Notes: generated from the sequence alone by a model not told the origin. A stretch of 64,000 nt of DNA from Octopus sinensis (GCF_006345805.1 NC_043006.1:72850001-72914000); one strand, 5' to 3'; counted from the first letter of the stretch, positions 51,901-64,000 are shown. Made by a program: numbers and translations.

Positions 51901-52616
51901 AATAATAATAATAATAATGAAATTATTGTATACAGTGCTCATGTGCACCACAACTTGTCAAAAATGTGTATAAAGCATATACAGTAATGTACAAATGTCT
52001 AGGAAGTGAACAGTGTATGAGTCAGATACATGCTTGCGTGTGAATGGAGGGGAGAAAATCAGGTGTAGTGTTGGCGAATCTCAGGAAGCATGGAAGTTTT
52101 GAAGGATGCAGTGCTCTGACAACTAACAACTGATGCTGGCAGTTTGTTCCATACTTCAGCAACTCTTAGCGTGAAAAAATGTTTCCGAAAGTCATGGGAG
52201 CTGTGCTGTTTTCTGACTTTGTAAACATGTCCACGGGTGTTAGACAGGTGGAGTTTGAAAAGGTGCTCAGAGTTATTGTTAGTAAGATGGTTAATAATTT
52301 TATGGGTATCTGCCAAGTCAGCTGCCAGACGTCGGAGTTTCAATATATCCATGCCCAGAGAAGTAAGGCGTTCAGAATATGGCAAATGCCTGATGGAGGG
52401 TATTTTCTTGGTTGCACGTCGTTGAACAGTTTCCAGGCAATTAATATCCTGGGCAAGATAGGGGTTCCAGACCAGTGATGTAAATTCCAGGTGAGGCCGC
52501 ACCATAGCTATATAAAGCCTCAGCTAGATAGCTGGAGAGCAGCTCACAAAGGACTTGGTAAGTGATGCCAAGACACCCTCAGCCTTCTTATCCTTCTGTT
52601 GCCACTTGAAATCACT
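51901..52616 (-). mobile_element. CR1-clade LINE, 5'-truncated 3' end
   Basis: ORF 52059-52505 VRPHLEF...WNPY...LETVQRRATK...TRGH...FFTLRVAEVWNKLP, typical CR1 ORF2 C-terminus; (TTA)n tail at 51901-51917. Confidence 0.9.
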
Positions 52617-52765
52617 ATAACAAAATACTGAATCTTGCATTTAGAGATTTTTTTTCTCATTTCATATTAAAAGAGAAGGGCTGTGCACAAGGGGTATGAA
52701 ATGTTTTGGCTCAAATGTTTTAGCCCCTTTCATTTGGGAGTTCAATGCTGACTTATTTGACATCA

Positions 52766-53154
52766 TTGGAGGCACAATGGCCCAGTGGTTAGGGCAGCGG
52801 ACTTGCGGTTGTAGGATCACAGTTTTGATTCCCATACCGAGTGTTGTGAATGTTTATTGAGCGTAAACACTTAAAGCTCCTTGAAGCTCTGGCAGGGGGT
52901 GGTGGCGAACCCTGCCGTACTCTTTCACCACCACTGTCTCTCATTCTTTCCTCCTGTTTCTGTTGTACCTGTGTTTCAAAGGGCCAGCCTTGTCACACTC
53001 TGTGTCATGCTGAATTTCCCTGAGACCTATGTTAAGGGTATATGTGTCTATGGAGCGCTCAGCCACTTTGCATGTTAATTTCATGAGCAGGCTGTTCCAT
53101 TGATCAGATCAGATCAGCTGGAATCCTCGTCATTGTAAGCAATGGAGTGCCACA
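52766..53154 (+). mobile_element. SINE-D (long-tail variant) with 11-bp TSD
   Basis: atttgacatca at 52755-52765 and 53155-53165. Confidence 0.9.
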
Positions 53155-53473
53155 ATTTGACATCAGACATTTTAATGTTTCCCTTTTTCTTTCTCCCACC
53201 TTTTTTCTCTGCCCCCTCTCTCTCACTCTCTGTTTATGTGTGTGAACATACTTCTCTATGTATGAGAGGGAAAGTGTTTAGGTCAGATGTGTTCAATTAA
53301 TCAATTGTAATTTCTGTCTGTCAGTTTCTCCCTCCCTCCCCTATCACCCATTCCCCCCTCTTATCTCCCTTCCACTCCTCCCCCCCTCCCCTCTCACCCC
53401 TTCACCTCCTTCCTTTTGACACCAATCTACCTGGTACTTTCCTTGGTTCTGTGATACAGACTTCTTATTTTAA

Positions 53474-53672
53474 CCCTTTAGCATTCAGCTTACTCTGTCA
53501 ATTGTAATACTTATTTTATTCACATTTTTGAAATTAATTATTATCATAGCTTTCAGATGTTGATGATGTGCTTCTTTACTTCAGAATGACATTGTAGGGT
53601 AGGTGTGAGAAGCTGGACCACAAAATGAGTAGAATCTTTGGGCCTGATATGGCTGGTTTAAGTTCTAAAGAG
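53474..53672. mobile_element. piggyBac-type MITE family 2
   Basis: TTAA|CCCTTTAGCATTC ... TTCTAAAGAG; homologous to 58108-58328. Confidence 0.75.
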
Positions 53673-54192
53673 TTCAAGTGATCTAAATTAAAAGTTTCCA
53701 TCAAAATTATATATTCCGTACATCATCTTATTAATTACAAATTTCTTTTACTAAATTTACCATTATTTCCAGAATTGAAACAAAAGGCAGTGTTTTTCAA
53801 CAGAAATATGGTAACAGGAGGGTTAAAGCATGGGATTTGTATGTGGTATTGCCGAATAGTAGTACATTGGCATGTTTGCTGTTTGGTACAGATCTGCCTC
53901 ACCCCAGTGTGAGGAAAGAAAACAATGTCTCTTTTTATAAGTCAGTGTACGTGGGTGTATGATTTGAGAAAGTTTTGGCTGCTGTTTATATATCTAGCTG
54001 ATCATGTGACTGCATAGAAACGCCTTAAGACTTGATGTTCAAATATTGATAATATGTGAGGTGAGGGGTGGATAGCAGGATTGTTTGGGTGTCAAGAGTA
54101 AAAAAAAATATCTTTTGATGCTTTAGTTGAAATCTTCCTCAGATCTGCTTTGCTTTTCACCCATTTTTAGTGGATGAAATATCTATAAAATA

Positions 54193-54375
54193 GGCGTAGG
54201 AGTGGCTGTGTGGTAAGTAGCTTGCTTACCAACCACATGGTTCTGGGTTCAGTCCCACTGCGTGGCACCTTGGGCAAGTGTCTTCTACTATAACCTTGGG
54301 CCGACCAAAGCCTTGTGAGTGGATTAGGTAGACGGAAACTGAAAGAAGCCCATCATATGTTTGTATGTGTGTGTG

Positions 54376-54433
<58 letters not shown>

Positions 54434-54868
54434 GTATATATATATATAAATAATAAATTAATAAATAAAACATATGCATATATAAATAATAAATTAATAA
54501 ATAAAACATATGCATATATACATATATGGGTACAGGGCACCAAAAAAACGTCGAACACAATGAGAAACGAAAACAAACACAAAACCAAGGAACTGGATAT
54601 TTTTCTTAAACAACAAAAAAAAAAAAGAGAGAGTACAGGACAAATAACACAAGGAAAATTCCCTTTCTTCAGTCGCCATGGTTTCATCTACTCTGCGTTT
54701 CGAAGTGTGTGTGTGTGTATATGTTTGTCCCCGTAACTTAGTGGTTCGGCAAAAGAGACCAATAGAATAAGTACTAGGCTTACAAAGAATAAGTCCTGGG
54801 GTCGATTTGCTTGACTAAAGGCGGTGCTCCAGCATGGCCACAGTCAAATGACTGAAAAGAGTAAAGGG
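54193..54868 (+). mobile_element. SINE-A split by an insertion in its microsatellite
   Basis: Head 54193-54355, tail 54706-54868; includes a 36-bp tandem duplication near 54445-54520. Confidence 0.85.
54528..54705 (-). mobile_element. Unclassified (possibly Penelope-like) fragment inserted in a SINE-A microsatellite
   Basis: Non-SINE sequence between (TA)n and (TG)n of the SINE at 54193-54868; minus strand has TTCGAAACGC...GCGACTGAAGAAAGGG, fragments of HHR-like cores in non-functional order. Confidence 0.35.
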
Positions 54869-55299
54869 TATAAAATGTATATTGGAGTCCTTGAAGATTA
54901 ATGATTGGAGCAACAAAAGAAAATGAAACACGAAATTGTCTTCAATTGTGAAATTAAATTTCATGGTTATTCCTGTAATGATGTTAAATATCTCCTCAAA
55001 AATAGAATTGGTATTGTCTGCAAGTGATGTTTCTCAATAAACTTGACAATTCTCAACAGAAAGTGGTTTCAAACATGACATTCCTCGACAAAAGACTGAT
55101 TGATTTCTTTAACTAATTTCCACAGTTCCGGGTAATGAAATTTTGAGGGGGTATATTTTTATTTCTGCAGTAAAAAGGTTAAATCCGCAGAATGTAACAC
55201 CCTCTTTCCTCTCTCCCAATAATTACTTTCCTTTGGTTTCTTATTTTACATACTTTTGTCTTATGATATATTTATTTTTTTTTTATCTCCACTGAACAG

Positions 55300-55509
55300 T
55301 TGGGACGAAATCCCTCCTTCCACACGACTCCGCCCTGAAGGAGAACAGATTGTAGCCCGCTACAACAACGGTGCCATGAAGGAGATAATGGGAATGAATG
55401 AAGATAACACAAACCACAGTGGTACCAGTAGTGAACACAGGTCATCTCCAAAGGTGAACGGGCAGCCACACTATGAGCGTAATGGAAATTTCTTGAACGG
55501 TTATTCCAG
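55300..55509 (+). CDS. Internal coding exon (WDEIPPSTRLRPEGEQ...NGYS)
   Basis: Acceptor ttttatctccactgaacag (55299), donor CAG|GTGAGT (55509/55510); 210 nt, phase 2-2, continues the upstream frame and carries a sixth motif copy. Confidence 0.88.
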
Positions 55510-55974
55510 GTGAGTGTTTTTTGTTTTCTTGGGAGGTAACACACCCTACCCTGTTAGTGATGTGATATACATTGATATTGGTCATGGTAGCTCCTGCAAC
55601 CATTTTAACATGCATTTTATCATATTTGCATGGGTCAGACTGGCATATTTTTCTATGGCTAGATGCCTTTCCTTTCACCAACACTTCACTTGTTTCTAAG
55701 TCAAGTAATATTTCTACATGGCCAGACATGTTTTCAGGGAAGATTGGAACTGAAGAACTCTATTTGGATGATAGTGATCCTCATTCACAACTTTCATGAG
55801 CTTCCATACATACAAACAAATAAAGTCTACACACACAATACAACAAAAGTTATAACAATTTTAAAATGGTAGCTGCTCATGTCTTTTGTTCCCTTAAAAA
55901 TAATGCAGTGGCAGGGGAAACTATTCTAGGGGCAAATCAGTGTGCTAAAGGTTAAACAGGTGGGTAGGTCAATT

Positions 55975-56368
55975 AATTGTTGAAATCAAAATCAAATTCG
56001 ATGACTGGCATCCATGCTAGTGGAGTGCTAAGACCACCATCCAAGCGTAATCATTGCCAGAGCAGCAAACTGGCTTCTATGCCAGTGGCATGTAAAAAGC
56101 ACCATTCGAGTGTGATTGTTACCAGCATTACCTTACCATTTGAGCGTAACCGTTGCCAGTACCACCTGACTGGCCCTTGTGCCAGTGGCACATAAAAGCA
56201 CCTACTACACTCTCAGAGTGGTTGGCGTTAGGAAAGGCATCTGACTGTAGAAACTCTGCCAGATCAGATTGGAGCCTGGTGCAGCCATCCGGTTCGCCAG
56301 TCCTCAGTCAAATCGTCCAACCCATGCTAGCATGGAAAGCGGACGTTAAACGATGATGATGATGATGA
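55975..56368 (+). mobile_element. SINE-C
   Basis: Family consensus match. Confidence 0.85.
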
Positions 56369-57376
56369 ACTCTTGAATATGATGCTGTGCTGTGGAATCA
56401 AATGAGGGACTTGAGGATTGGAGAGCAAACTTCTTACCTGCTCTGCCATGCTTGCTTCTGTTTTAATAATAATGAAACAATCTATAGAAGCAATCCAATG
56501 TAGACTTGGATTGTTTTATTTTATGTCAACATGTCTAACATGTTAGCATGGAAGCTGGACATTAAATAATGATGATAAATATATCTGCTCATTTATGTAC
56601 TACTTTGATCTTCAGTTACAAGGACTATCTATTAAATATCTGTTAGTACATACTTATAAAATGATTTTTTTACTTTCATTATTAATTCCTGCTGTCTGTA
56701 TCTGTAGTTGTGTAAACAAAATTCTATTTTAACCAAACAAACCTATGATCAAAGGCATGTGAACTGTAACTTCTTTTTTTTTACTTCCAACAACAGTGTA
56801 TCTCAGACTACATTATCTAATGTCTCTTTTGTGTGTAGTTTGCAGGAGATTTGGTTGCTACTTCTAGCATGTCAAATGACCACATAGTGGCTCCTTTGCT
56901 ACTGCTATTGTTGTCAGTGACATCAACAGCTGAAATGTAGAACAAATCACTTATAAAATGTAACAGCTGTATTTACTACATTCGTTTTACTACCATTAGT
57001 TCACTCTAACGTCAGCCTGTCAGGGAAACAATAACTGGGACATTGCTAAACAAACCAAAATATACTCTGTAGAATCCATTCTCTATGGTTGAAGAACCAT
57101 TTACATGTTTGGACGTTTACATATTTTTGCTAGAGGAAGTCAATAAAAATCATCATCATCATCATCATTGCTTAACGTCCGTTTTCCATGTTAGCATGTT
57201 TTGGATGGTTCGATCAGGGTCTTGGAAGCCAGGAGACTGCACCAGGCTCCAGTCTGATCTGGCAGAGTTTCTACAGCTGGATGCCACTCCTAACACCACG
57301 GTGTGACTAACCATCAACTGAAGATTCTTCACAAAACAACTAAATGTCTCCTCCTAGTTTTAAGAAGTCTTTAATG

Positions 57377-58047
57377 CAGGGGTCACCAAACTTTTTCAAC
57401 CATTGACCCCCTTTAGCCACTTCTCCTTCCGCATCGACCCCCTTTAGCCACTTCACCTTCTGCTTCGACCCTCTTTAGCCACTTCACCTTCTGCTTCAAC
57501 CACCCTCCTCATTTGAAATATCTTAATACCCTACCCTACTGTACCTACTTTAAATGCATACCCGGTGCTGAGGCTGGCAATTAAAATGTTAGCTAAAATA
57601 TACATGTATGACAGATTAAGAAATTCCTTTGAAGATGACACACTTTTTACATTTAAAATTACATATACAAGTATACAGTATTAAACTTTCAATTTTTATG
57701 GAATAGTTTTCAAAGTTAGAAAATATGAAAAATGCATCATATTGCTGGAATTTCTTTTATTGAAATTGGCAACATCAATGTGAGGGATGGGCATGGCGCT
57801 GACTAAATATTTCAAGCAGTTCATCTGGGTGAGCTGGTCTTTCACATGCCAATCCCCATTCAACCCCTTGACTATCATCGACTCCCTGTAATTCCTCACC
57901 AACCCCTAGGAGGTCTGTCAGACTCCCTTTTGCGATCCCTGCTTTAATGACATCTGTTTGTCTTATCTTTCGTGTTAAAGATGAGATATAGTCTTTCTCT
58001 GGATCCGATGCTATTGTCATCTTTGTTGCAGCTGCAGTTTTCATTGT
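57377..58047 (-). mobile_element. hAT (Charlie-like) transposon remnant with internal 31-bp tandem repeat
   Basis: Left TIR CAGGGGTCACCAAACT; 3x31-bp repeat 57405-57497; minus ORF ends SQRHAHPSH*, resembling the QAHPSH end of Charlie-type transposases. Confidence 0.55.
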
Positions 58048-58107
58048 TTAACCCTTTCGTTACTGTATTTATTTTGAGATACTCTGTGTTTTTTTCAATT
58101 ACTTTAA

Positions 58108-58328
58108 CCTTTTAGCATTTAAACCAGCCATATCTGGCCAAAAGTATTCTACCTTTTTTATGTTCAAACTGGCCAGATCTGGTCTCTCACACCAACCCTA
58201 CAATATTGTTTTTAAAATTAACAGCTACCTCAGCAGAATCTCATTGCTACAAGATAATGCACGATTAGTTCAAAACAATATGGATGAAAAAGCATTAATT
58301 TTGGTAGAATAATGTGAACACTAAAGGG
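58108..58328. mobile_element. piggyBac-type MITE family 2 nested in family 1
   Basis: TTAA TSD 58104-58107 and 58329-58332; ends CCTTTTAGCAT / CACTAAAGGG. Confidence 0.85.
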
Positions 58329-58376
58329 TTAAATATAATAAAGAATTTAGTAAAATATGGTTATCATTAAGCTTGT

Positions 58377-58672
58377 GTTGTTGTTGTTTGTTCCTTCTCA
58401 AGCCATGCCTAGCTCATAGGGCCGATTTCCGGGTTTCCCTGGCGTATAGGTTCCCCACCTGGACGGAACGCCGGTCCGTCACAGGTGAGCTGCAAGATGC
58501 AGGAGGAAAGAGTGAGAGAAAGTTGTGGCGAAAGAGTCAGCAGAAGTTTGCCATTACCTTCTGCCGGAGCCTCATGGAGCTGAGGTGTTTCGCTCATAAA
58601 CACACACACATCACCCGGTCTGAGATTCGATCGCGAGTCCGCTGCTCTAACCACTAAGCCATGTGCCTCCAC
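58377..58672 (-). mobile_element. SINE-D nested in piggyBac MITE, 9-bp TSD
   Basis: taagcttgt at 58368-58376 and 58673-58681; (CAA)n tail. Confidence 0.9.
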
Positions 58673-60379
58673 TAAGCTTGTATTAGGAAAATCAATTGTG
58701 ACTAAGGTTTGGTGGAAGATTTTAATTCAGAACTTATGAAAACAAGACATTTGTACTCAGAGCCAGGTTGGTATCAAAAGGGTTAACATAGACATTTTCA
58801 TGTTTGCATGGGTCAACTAAAATTTGTTGAGACAGAGTTGTAGAATCAGTAGAGCTTTGGACAAAATGATCTGCAGTATTTAGATATATCCCTTTGGGTT
58901 TTGAGTTCAAATCCTGTTGGAATCATTTTCTTCCTTTTTGAGAAGAAATAAATGCTTATAATCAAAAATGTTTGGCCTGACATAAATAACTGGTTTCTTC
59001 CAAAACTTGTGGCCTTGTGCTTGTGTGAGAAATCAGTATTATTAAGATGGCACGGGAGTGACTGCATGGTTAAGATGTTTGCTTTGCAATTATGCAGTTT
59101 CAAGTTCAGTCCCACTGTGAGGCACCTTGTGCAAGTATCTTCTATCACAGTCCTGGGCCATCTAAAGCCTTGTAAGTAAATTTGGTTAGATGGAAACTGA
59201 AAGAAGCCTGCCATCCTAATGCCAATCACTTTACAATATTTACTGGATATTTATTTGTGCCAGTGGTGTTAATGAGGTCAGTAAGTAACTTGTAAGACAA
59301 GAGAAGAAGAAAAATCTCAACTAAGCAGGGCAGGGGTTTATGAGATGGGGAAGTGGCTGTATGCTGGGTGATAGGAGGTTTGAAGATGATTGGGATCAAA
59401 CAGAGATGCCTTGCTATTGAGGAGATGCATGGTTGTCCTGTATTTTATTAGGGTGGGTAAAAGTAGCTGGGAAGAAGATAAATATGGCAGTTATGAAACA
59501 GTGGGATTAAATGAGAGGATCTTCGAATTGGTGATAATTTAATTCCTTGACCCATTCAACCATCTTATTTCCATGAAGAGGTGATGGCGGATTGGTGGTG
59601 TCCATACAGTGTTAGGCAGCCTGCTTTGCAGTTCTTATTCCAGCTGCTTAAGTTCCAATGTCATCTATATGTTCCGTCCCTTCAGGGTTTATAAAACACT
59701 AGTCTGGGCTGTCATGGACTGGCAGAATTGTTGGCAAGTCAGATGGGAAATCTTGTGGTGTGTGCGCCATTGTTTTTGTGTTCTGAGATCAAATCCTACC
59801 ATGACCTTTTTGAATGGTAGGCTTAATCTGTCTCTTGGTTTAATATCATCACCTGGTCCCTTGCTGGTGTCGAGTAGAGACTTGCATACTTGGGCAACTG
59901 ATGGTCTTTCTCAAGAAATCTTGCCCAAGCTTGTACATATATGTGCAGTTGCATGATTATCATTAACCAACAAAGCCTTTCCCCTTTTTCTAGTATCTTA
60001 TATTAGAAACATGGATACATGTGATTTCCTCTGGCAATGGTCATCAATACAAAGATGGTAATTATTCTCTCACAACACAAGATAGAATTCAGAAATTTGA
60101 ATTTGAAATTGCAAAATATGAGAAAGAAGATGTGTAGAGTCCCCATCTTTAATTATTTTTTTGTCTATTACGAAGTTCTTACAACTTCTAATTGGAGGTA
60201 ATCATGTGAAGTACTATTTCATTCTCATTAGAAATCTTCAGCCTGACATAACCTGTAACTTATTAATTGGATATATTATGAAGTATTTGGATGATTTAAT
60301 TAAATTCTTGTTTTTCTTTTTAATTTCTTATTATTATTAGATATGATCATATAACAAATTCATAATTATTTTCTTTCAG

Positions 60380-60554
60380 TGGCCATAGCCGTGGGCATGT
60401 GTCTCCAACTCGCACCAAACCTGAAGCATGGGAATACCACAACAAAAACAAGCATTCTGAAGTTGGCGCTATCATCAGAGGAGAGCCTTTGCCTGTTACA
60501 CCCAGTGGCAGGAAAGTTACGAACAGAAATCTGGTTCGCTCTGAAGAGTGGTGA
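60380..60554 (+). CDS. Terminal coding exon (GHSRGHVSPTRTKPEAWEY...LVRSEEW*)
   Basis: Acceptor attttctttcag (60379); AG+T=Ser keeps frame; 57 further codons to TGA 60552-60554; seventh motif copy. This frame is not in the ORF track because it lacks a start codon. Confidence 0.85.
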
Positions 60555-60714
60555 TACCTTTTCTGCCAGCATTTTTAATTGTGAAATCATCAAGGAGATT
60601 GGCTTGTGAAATTTGACTATTTCGCGAAACATTTTTTTCATTTTTATTAATGGGGACATTTTAGGTGTAAAACACCAAGTAAAGGTTGGAAGGTTTAGGG
60701 GTTTGTATATAGAT

Positions 60715-60970
60715 CTATGTGTATATGCATGTGTATACATGCATAAATTTGTATGTATTTTTGTATGTATATGCATAGAGATGTATGTATGCCTGTATGT
60801 ATGAATGTGTGTATATGCATAGATATGTTTTTATATATGTATGTTATATGTGTAGTTGTGTGTATATGTATATCTGCATGTGTGTATATGCATAGATGTG
60901 TGTTTGTGGATGTATGTGTATAGGTATGCATCAATGTGTGTGTAAAGTATGCCAGTGTACCGTGTATGTA
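60715..60970. repeat. Degenerate (GTAT)n/(GT)n tract downstream of the stop codon
   Basis: Direct reading. Confidence 0.9.
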
Positions 60971-62229
60971 TTTGTTCAAGGTTTGCTTTAATTCTTGGAA
61001 AAGAAAAAAAAAAGCTTTAAGTACATTTGTACAGTAAAACAAATGAAGTTACATATACTTACATACTCATAACAAATTCCACAATATATACATAAAAAAA
61101 AATTACACACAAAAAATAGTTTAAGTGATGAAGTAAACAAAAAGAATAATATAACAAAATTACATGTTTTTAGTAAAATAAAACTCAGAAGTGAGTTCCA
61201 GTGATTAATTAATTTTTCTCTAATACAAAACCTTCATCACCACCAAAGTTTAAACAAGTGACAGCCTGTTTATAGACAACTATAGTTGGGATCTTTGCTG
61301 TCTGAAAAAGTCTTTTGATAAATTGAGAAGTTCTCTTGTTCACACTGAACACAGTTGTTATTCATTGTTGCAGATGGGGGAACTGTTAACCAGTTTTCCT
61401 TCAATAAAAGCCCTTCATCACTGAAAGATTTAAATGATGGCGAAGTTGCAAAAGGGCTGCAGTGTGTGTACATAGGGGCACGTTTTTGTTTCAAAATTTT
61501 TTGTTGAATCAAGAAGTATTCTTGATGATCAAACTGAACTCCTTCATGTTTGATGCATTGTTGTGGATGAGGGTTTTATGATTAAATATTTGCATCATAT
61601 GGCTTCACATTAAAATATAGACATATATACTGATTATATATAAATATTTTAGAATTTTATAAACATACCAGATTGGAACAAGAAAGGGAATCTAAGCCCA
61701 CCTCAACAGGGCTCAATCCAGGTATAATTCACTTGCTTGACAGGCAGCTATGTTACTGATTCCATCATACAGTGCTAGTATTCTTCTAACTAGATACTAT
61801 CACTTGTTTCTGCTATTTTAACTGTATCATTTTTGCTTCCACAATATTATAATTCCTTACTTAGCACTAGCATTAGAAGCTGTTCTTCTATATGCCTCAA
61901 ATAGCAAAGAGACCGACTTTGATTCAATGTTTACAATGATAAACAACCTTATAAATACAAATGCTCTGTAGGAGAAATGGTAATATAGTTACTTGGCGAA
62001 GTGGTAGATGTCTGGTTATCCATTTTCCTGTCTCAAGATTGGTGCCTGTAAATATATTCATACCCTAGATTTGGTTTTAGAAGAACATTTATTTTTTAAA
62101 ATATAAGAATAACATTTATATTAATTCATATTGTTGATTCTAAAAAACAAAAAGTATTAATTCACAATAAAATAAGTTATAGCAGAACTACAATCATTGA
62201 TTAATCTCTGTAAAGTGGTGAGATGGCCA

Positions 62230-62400
62230 AATTAAGCACAGTGAGCTTAACATTCTGAGTTCAAATACTGCTGAGGTCAGCTTTGCCTTTCTTCCTTTCA
62301 GGGTCAATGAAATAAGTACTAGGTGAGCACTGGGGTTGATGTAATTAACTATCCCACTTCCCATAAAAATTGCTGGCCTTGTACCAAAATTAGAAAGAAT
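62230..62400 (-). mobile_element. SINE-B, diverged
   Basis: Core motif; the B-box side reads on + while the tail lies to the right, so orientation is uncertain. Confidence 0.5.
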
Positions 62401-62944
62401 TATGTTTAACCTGTGTGTGTTGTGTGTGATTAAAATTGTGGTGAGAAAGTAAGGAAAGTTCATGTTTGTTTATATTGGAATGTCTAGTGAAAAGTAAACT
62501 TCTTTTTCTCTTCATTAAATTTTTAAAAAATCTCACAAAAAAAAAAAAAAGACTCAAAAAACAGAGAAACCCTCAAAGAGAAACTGAAGGCTGTTCTCCA
62601 AAAATAAATTCTTTATATAAAAGGTTCATGTTTTTATAATTGCATTGAGAATCAAAGCTAGCAAGATGGTTATTTTATTTTTTTCATTCACCAACCACCC
62701 TTCTGTTTAGTGTGAGAATATGTTTGTCTATTTACATATATATTAACTTCACTTCAAACTTATATATGTATATTTTTGACTCTTGAAATGACCATTTATA
62801 GAAGTATAATTATAATTACTAGAATATTTTTTATACATATATATATTTTGTGTTATTTCATTTACATCTACACCTTCTTATACATGTCAATAGATTCTAG
62901 TAACTAGGAGTATTTTATTTATATATATATATATATATAAAAAT

Positions 62945-63130
62945 AAATGCGCCCTTTTAAAGCCTAGCCAGGCTCATGGGCCTGGTTTCTATGGTATATG
63001 TGTTCCCCAGCTGGACAAAACGCCAGTCCATCGCAGCGTTACTCATTTTTGTCAGCTGAATGGACTGGAGCAACGTGAAATGAAGTGTTTTGCTCAAGAA
63101 CACAATGCATCGCCCGGTGCATGCACCTCC
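62945..63130 (-). mobile_element. SINE-D variant, head truncated
   Basis: Homologous to 5405-5657. Confidence 0.8.
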
Positions 63131-63224
63131 GCATATATATGTATATTTTAAATTAAGATATAAAAGTCACTTAGATATTACATTCGTATCTTATAAGATT
63201 TTCAATATTATTTCTGGTCTGTAC

Positions 63225-63410
63225 AGCAGTGAGCTGACAGAATTGTTAGCATGCTATGCAAAATGCTACCTGTCTTTACATTCTGCCAAGGTCAACTTAG
63301 CCTTTCATCCTTTCAATAAAATAAATACTAGTTGAACACTGGGGGCTGTTGTATTTAACTTCCCCCTCCCCCGAAATTGCTGGCCTTGTGCCAAAATTTG
63401 AAACCAATAT
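63225..63410 (+). mobile_element. SINE-B, diverged
   Basis: GTGAGCTGACAGAATTGTTAGC head, core, GGCCTTGTGCCAAAATTTGAAACC tail. Confidence 0.75.
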
Positions 63411-64000
63411 TATTTCCAGTCTTTTATACTGTTTCTCTATATCACTTTTTTTTAAAACTTTTTTTTGAAGAAAACAATAGGTTAAGGGTTAGTATTCGAG
63501 ATTTGATGCTAAACCAAAATTTCTTAAGCTTCTTTACTGAATAATTCTACATGGTTGGCACCTGCAGTACAGAAAGGACTATTTCGGTCATCGATCTAGA
63601 TACTAGATGAAGAAGTGTGATAAACATAACTATAGGATACCATGCTGGAAGAGTAAATTTATGGTGAATTTTATCTTCTCCTTCCCTCTTACATATTTAG
63701 GGATGACTGGGTGAAGGGTCTTAATTTGTCTGACAAGTTGCCATCATTAAATTTCGTCCAAGAATAAAATTTTTTTCCTGATGTATGTCAAGTCTTTTTA
63801 TTTTTTTTTTATTTTTATTAAATAACAGTTTTTATTCTACTCTAATGACGTGTAGTGTTGTTCTGTATTGTTGCTGGACTTTTTTAAGAATATAGAATCT
63901 ATAATAATAATAATAATGGTAATAATAATTGGATAACTGGAGTCTCTCTAGATTCCAATCTTGAAATCACCCTTACCTGTATACCGTTGCTCTCTTCATG

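Larger units (their letters stand above)
58052..58782. mobile_element. piggyBac-type MITE family 1, interrupted by two insertions
   Basis: TTAA at 58048-58051 and 58783-58786; removing 58108-58332 and the SINE 58377-58681 restores the 25915-26135 sequence. Confidence 0.85.

Noticed and set aside
57405-57497. 31-bp and 20-bp (40237-40340) direct repeats as possible CRISPR arrays
   Set aside because: No unique spacers, eukaryotic context, no cas genes.
59270-59960. ORF with SSNVIY resembling the region before a Penelope GIY-YIG domain; related degenerate sequence at 15311-15619 and 18100-18270
   Set aside because: Too decayed to classify by eye; probably a retroelement relic, needs an HMM search.
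60466-60480. CTGATGA on the minus strand within the last exon
   Set aside because: No stem II, GAAA or stem III; chance heptamer.
63541-63790. Short exon-like frames on either strand (DDWVKGLNLSDKLPSLNFVQE* on +; KKFYSWTKFNDGNLSDKLRPFTQSSLN on -)
   Set aside because: Quasi-palindromic sequence reads plausibly both ways; no phase-consistent model.

Overview
Eukaryotic, AT-rich, repeat-dense DNA. Its SINE families and microsatellite load look like an octopus (coleoid cephalopod) genome, which is an inference from repeat recognition. One spliced + strand gene can be built: coding exons 23692-24317, 55300-55509 and 60380-60554 with matching phase-2 introns, giving 336 aa. A candidate in-frame 33-nt microexon at 28829-28861 would make it 347 aa. 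The product is uncharacterised and carries about 7 copies of a ~23-aa motif. The rest is four tRNA/RTE-type SINE families, piggyBac and hAT MITEs, a non-autonomous Helitron, CR1 and R4/Dong-like LINE ends, and microsatellites. Almost all ORFs in the supplied track are repeat artefacts. The most interesting signals are hammerhead ribozyme (HHR) folds inside the ~31-kb intron. (1) A 356-bp tandem array has a type I HHR fold in each unit (retrozyme-like), with a shared G8A change. (2) A 746-bp spacer-less palindrome has a near-canonical type I HHR in each arm (Penelope-like pLTR). (3) A tRNA-headed SINE has an HHR-core-bearing tail. No CRISPR array, rRNA or intact tRNA was found. Repeat boundaries are by eye and approximate unless a TSD is quoted.
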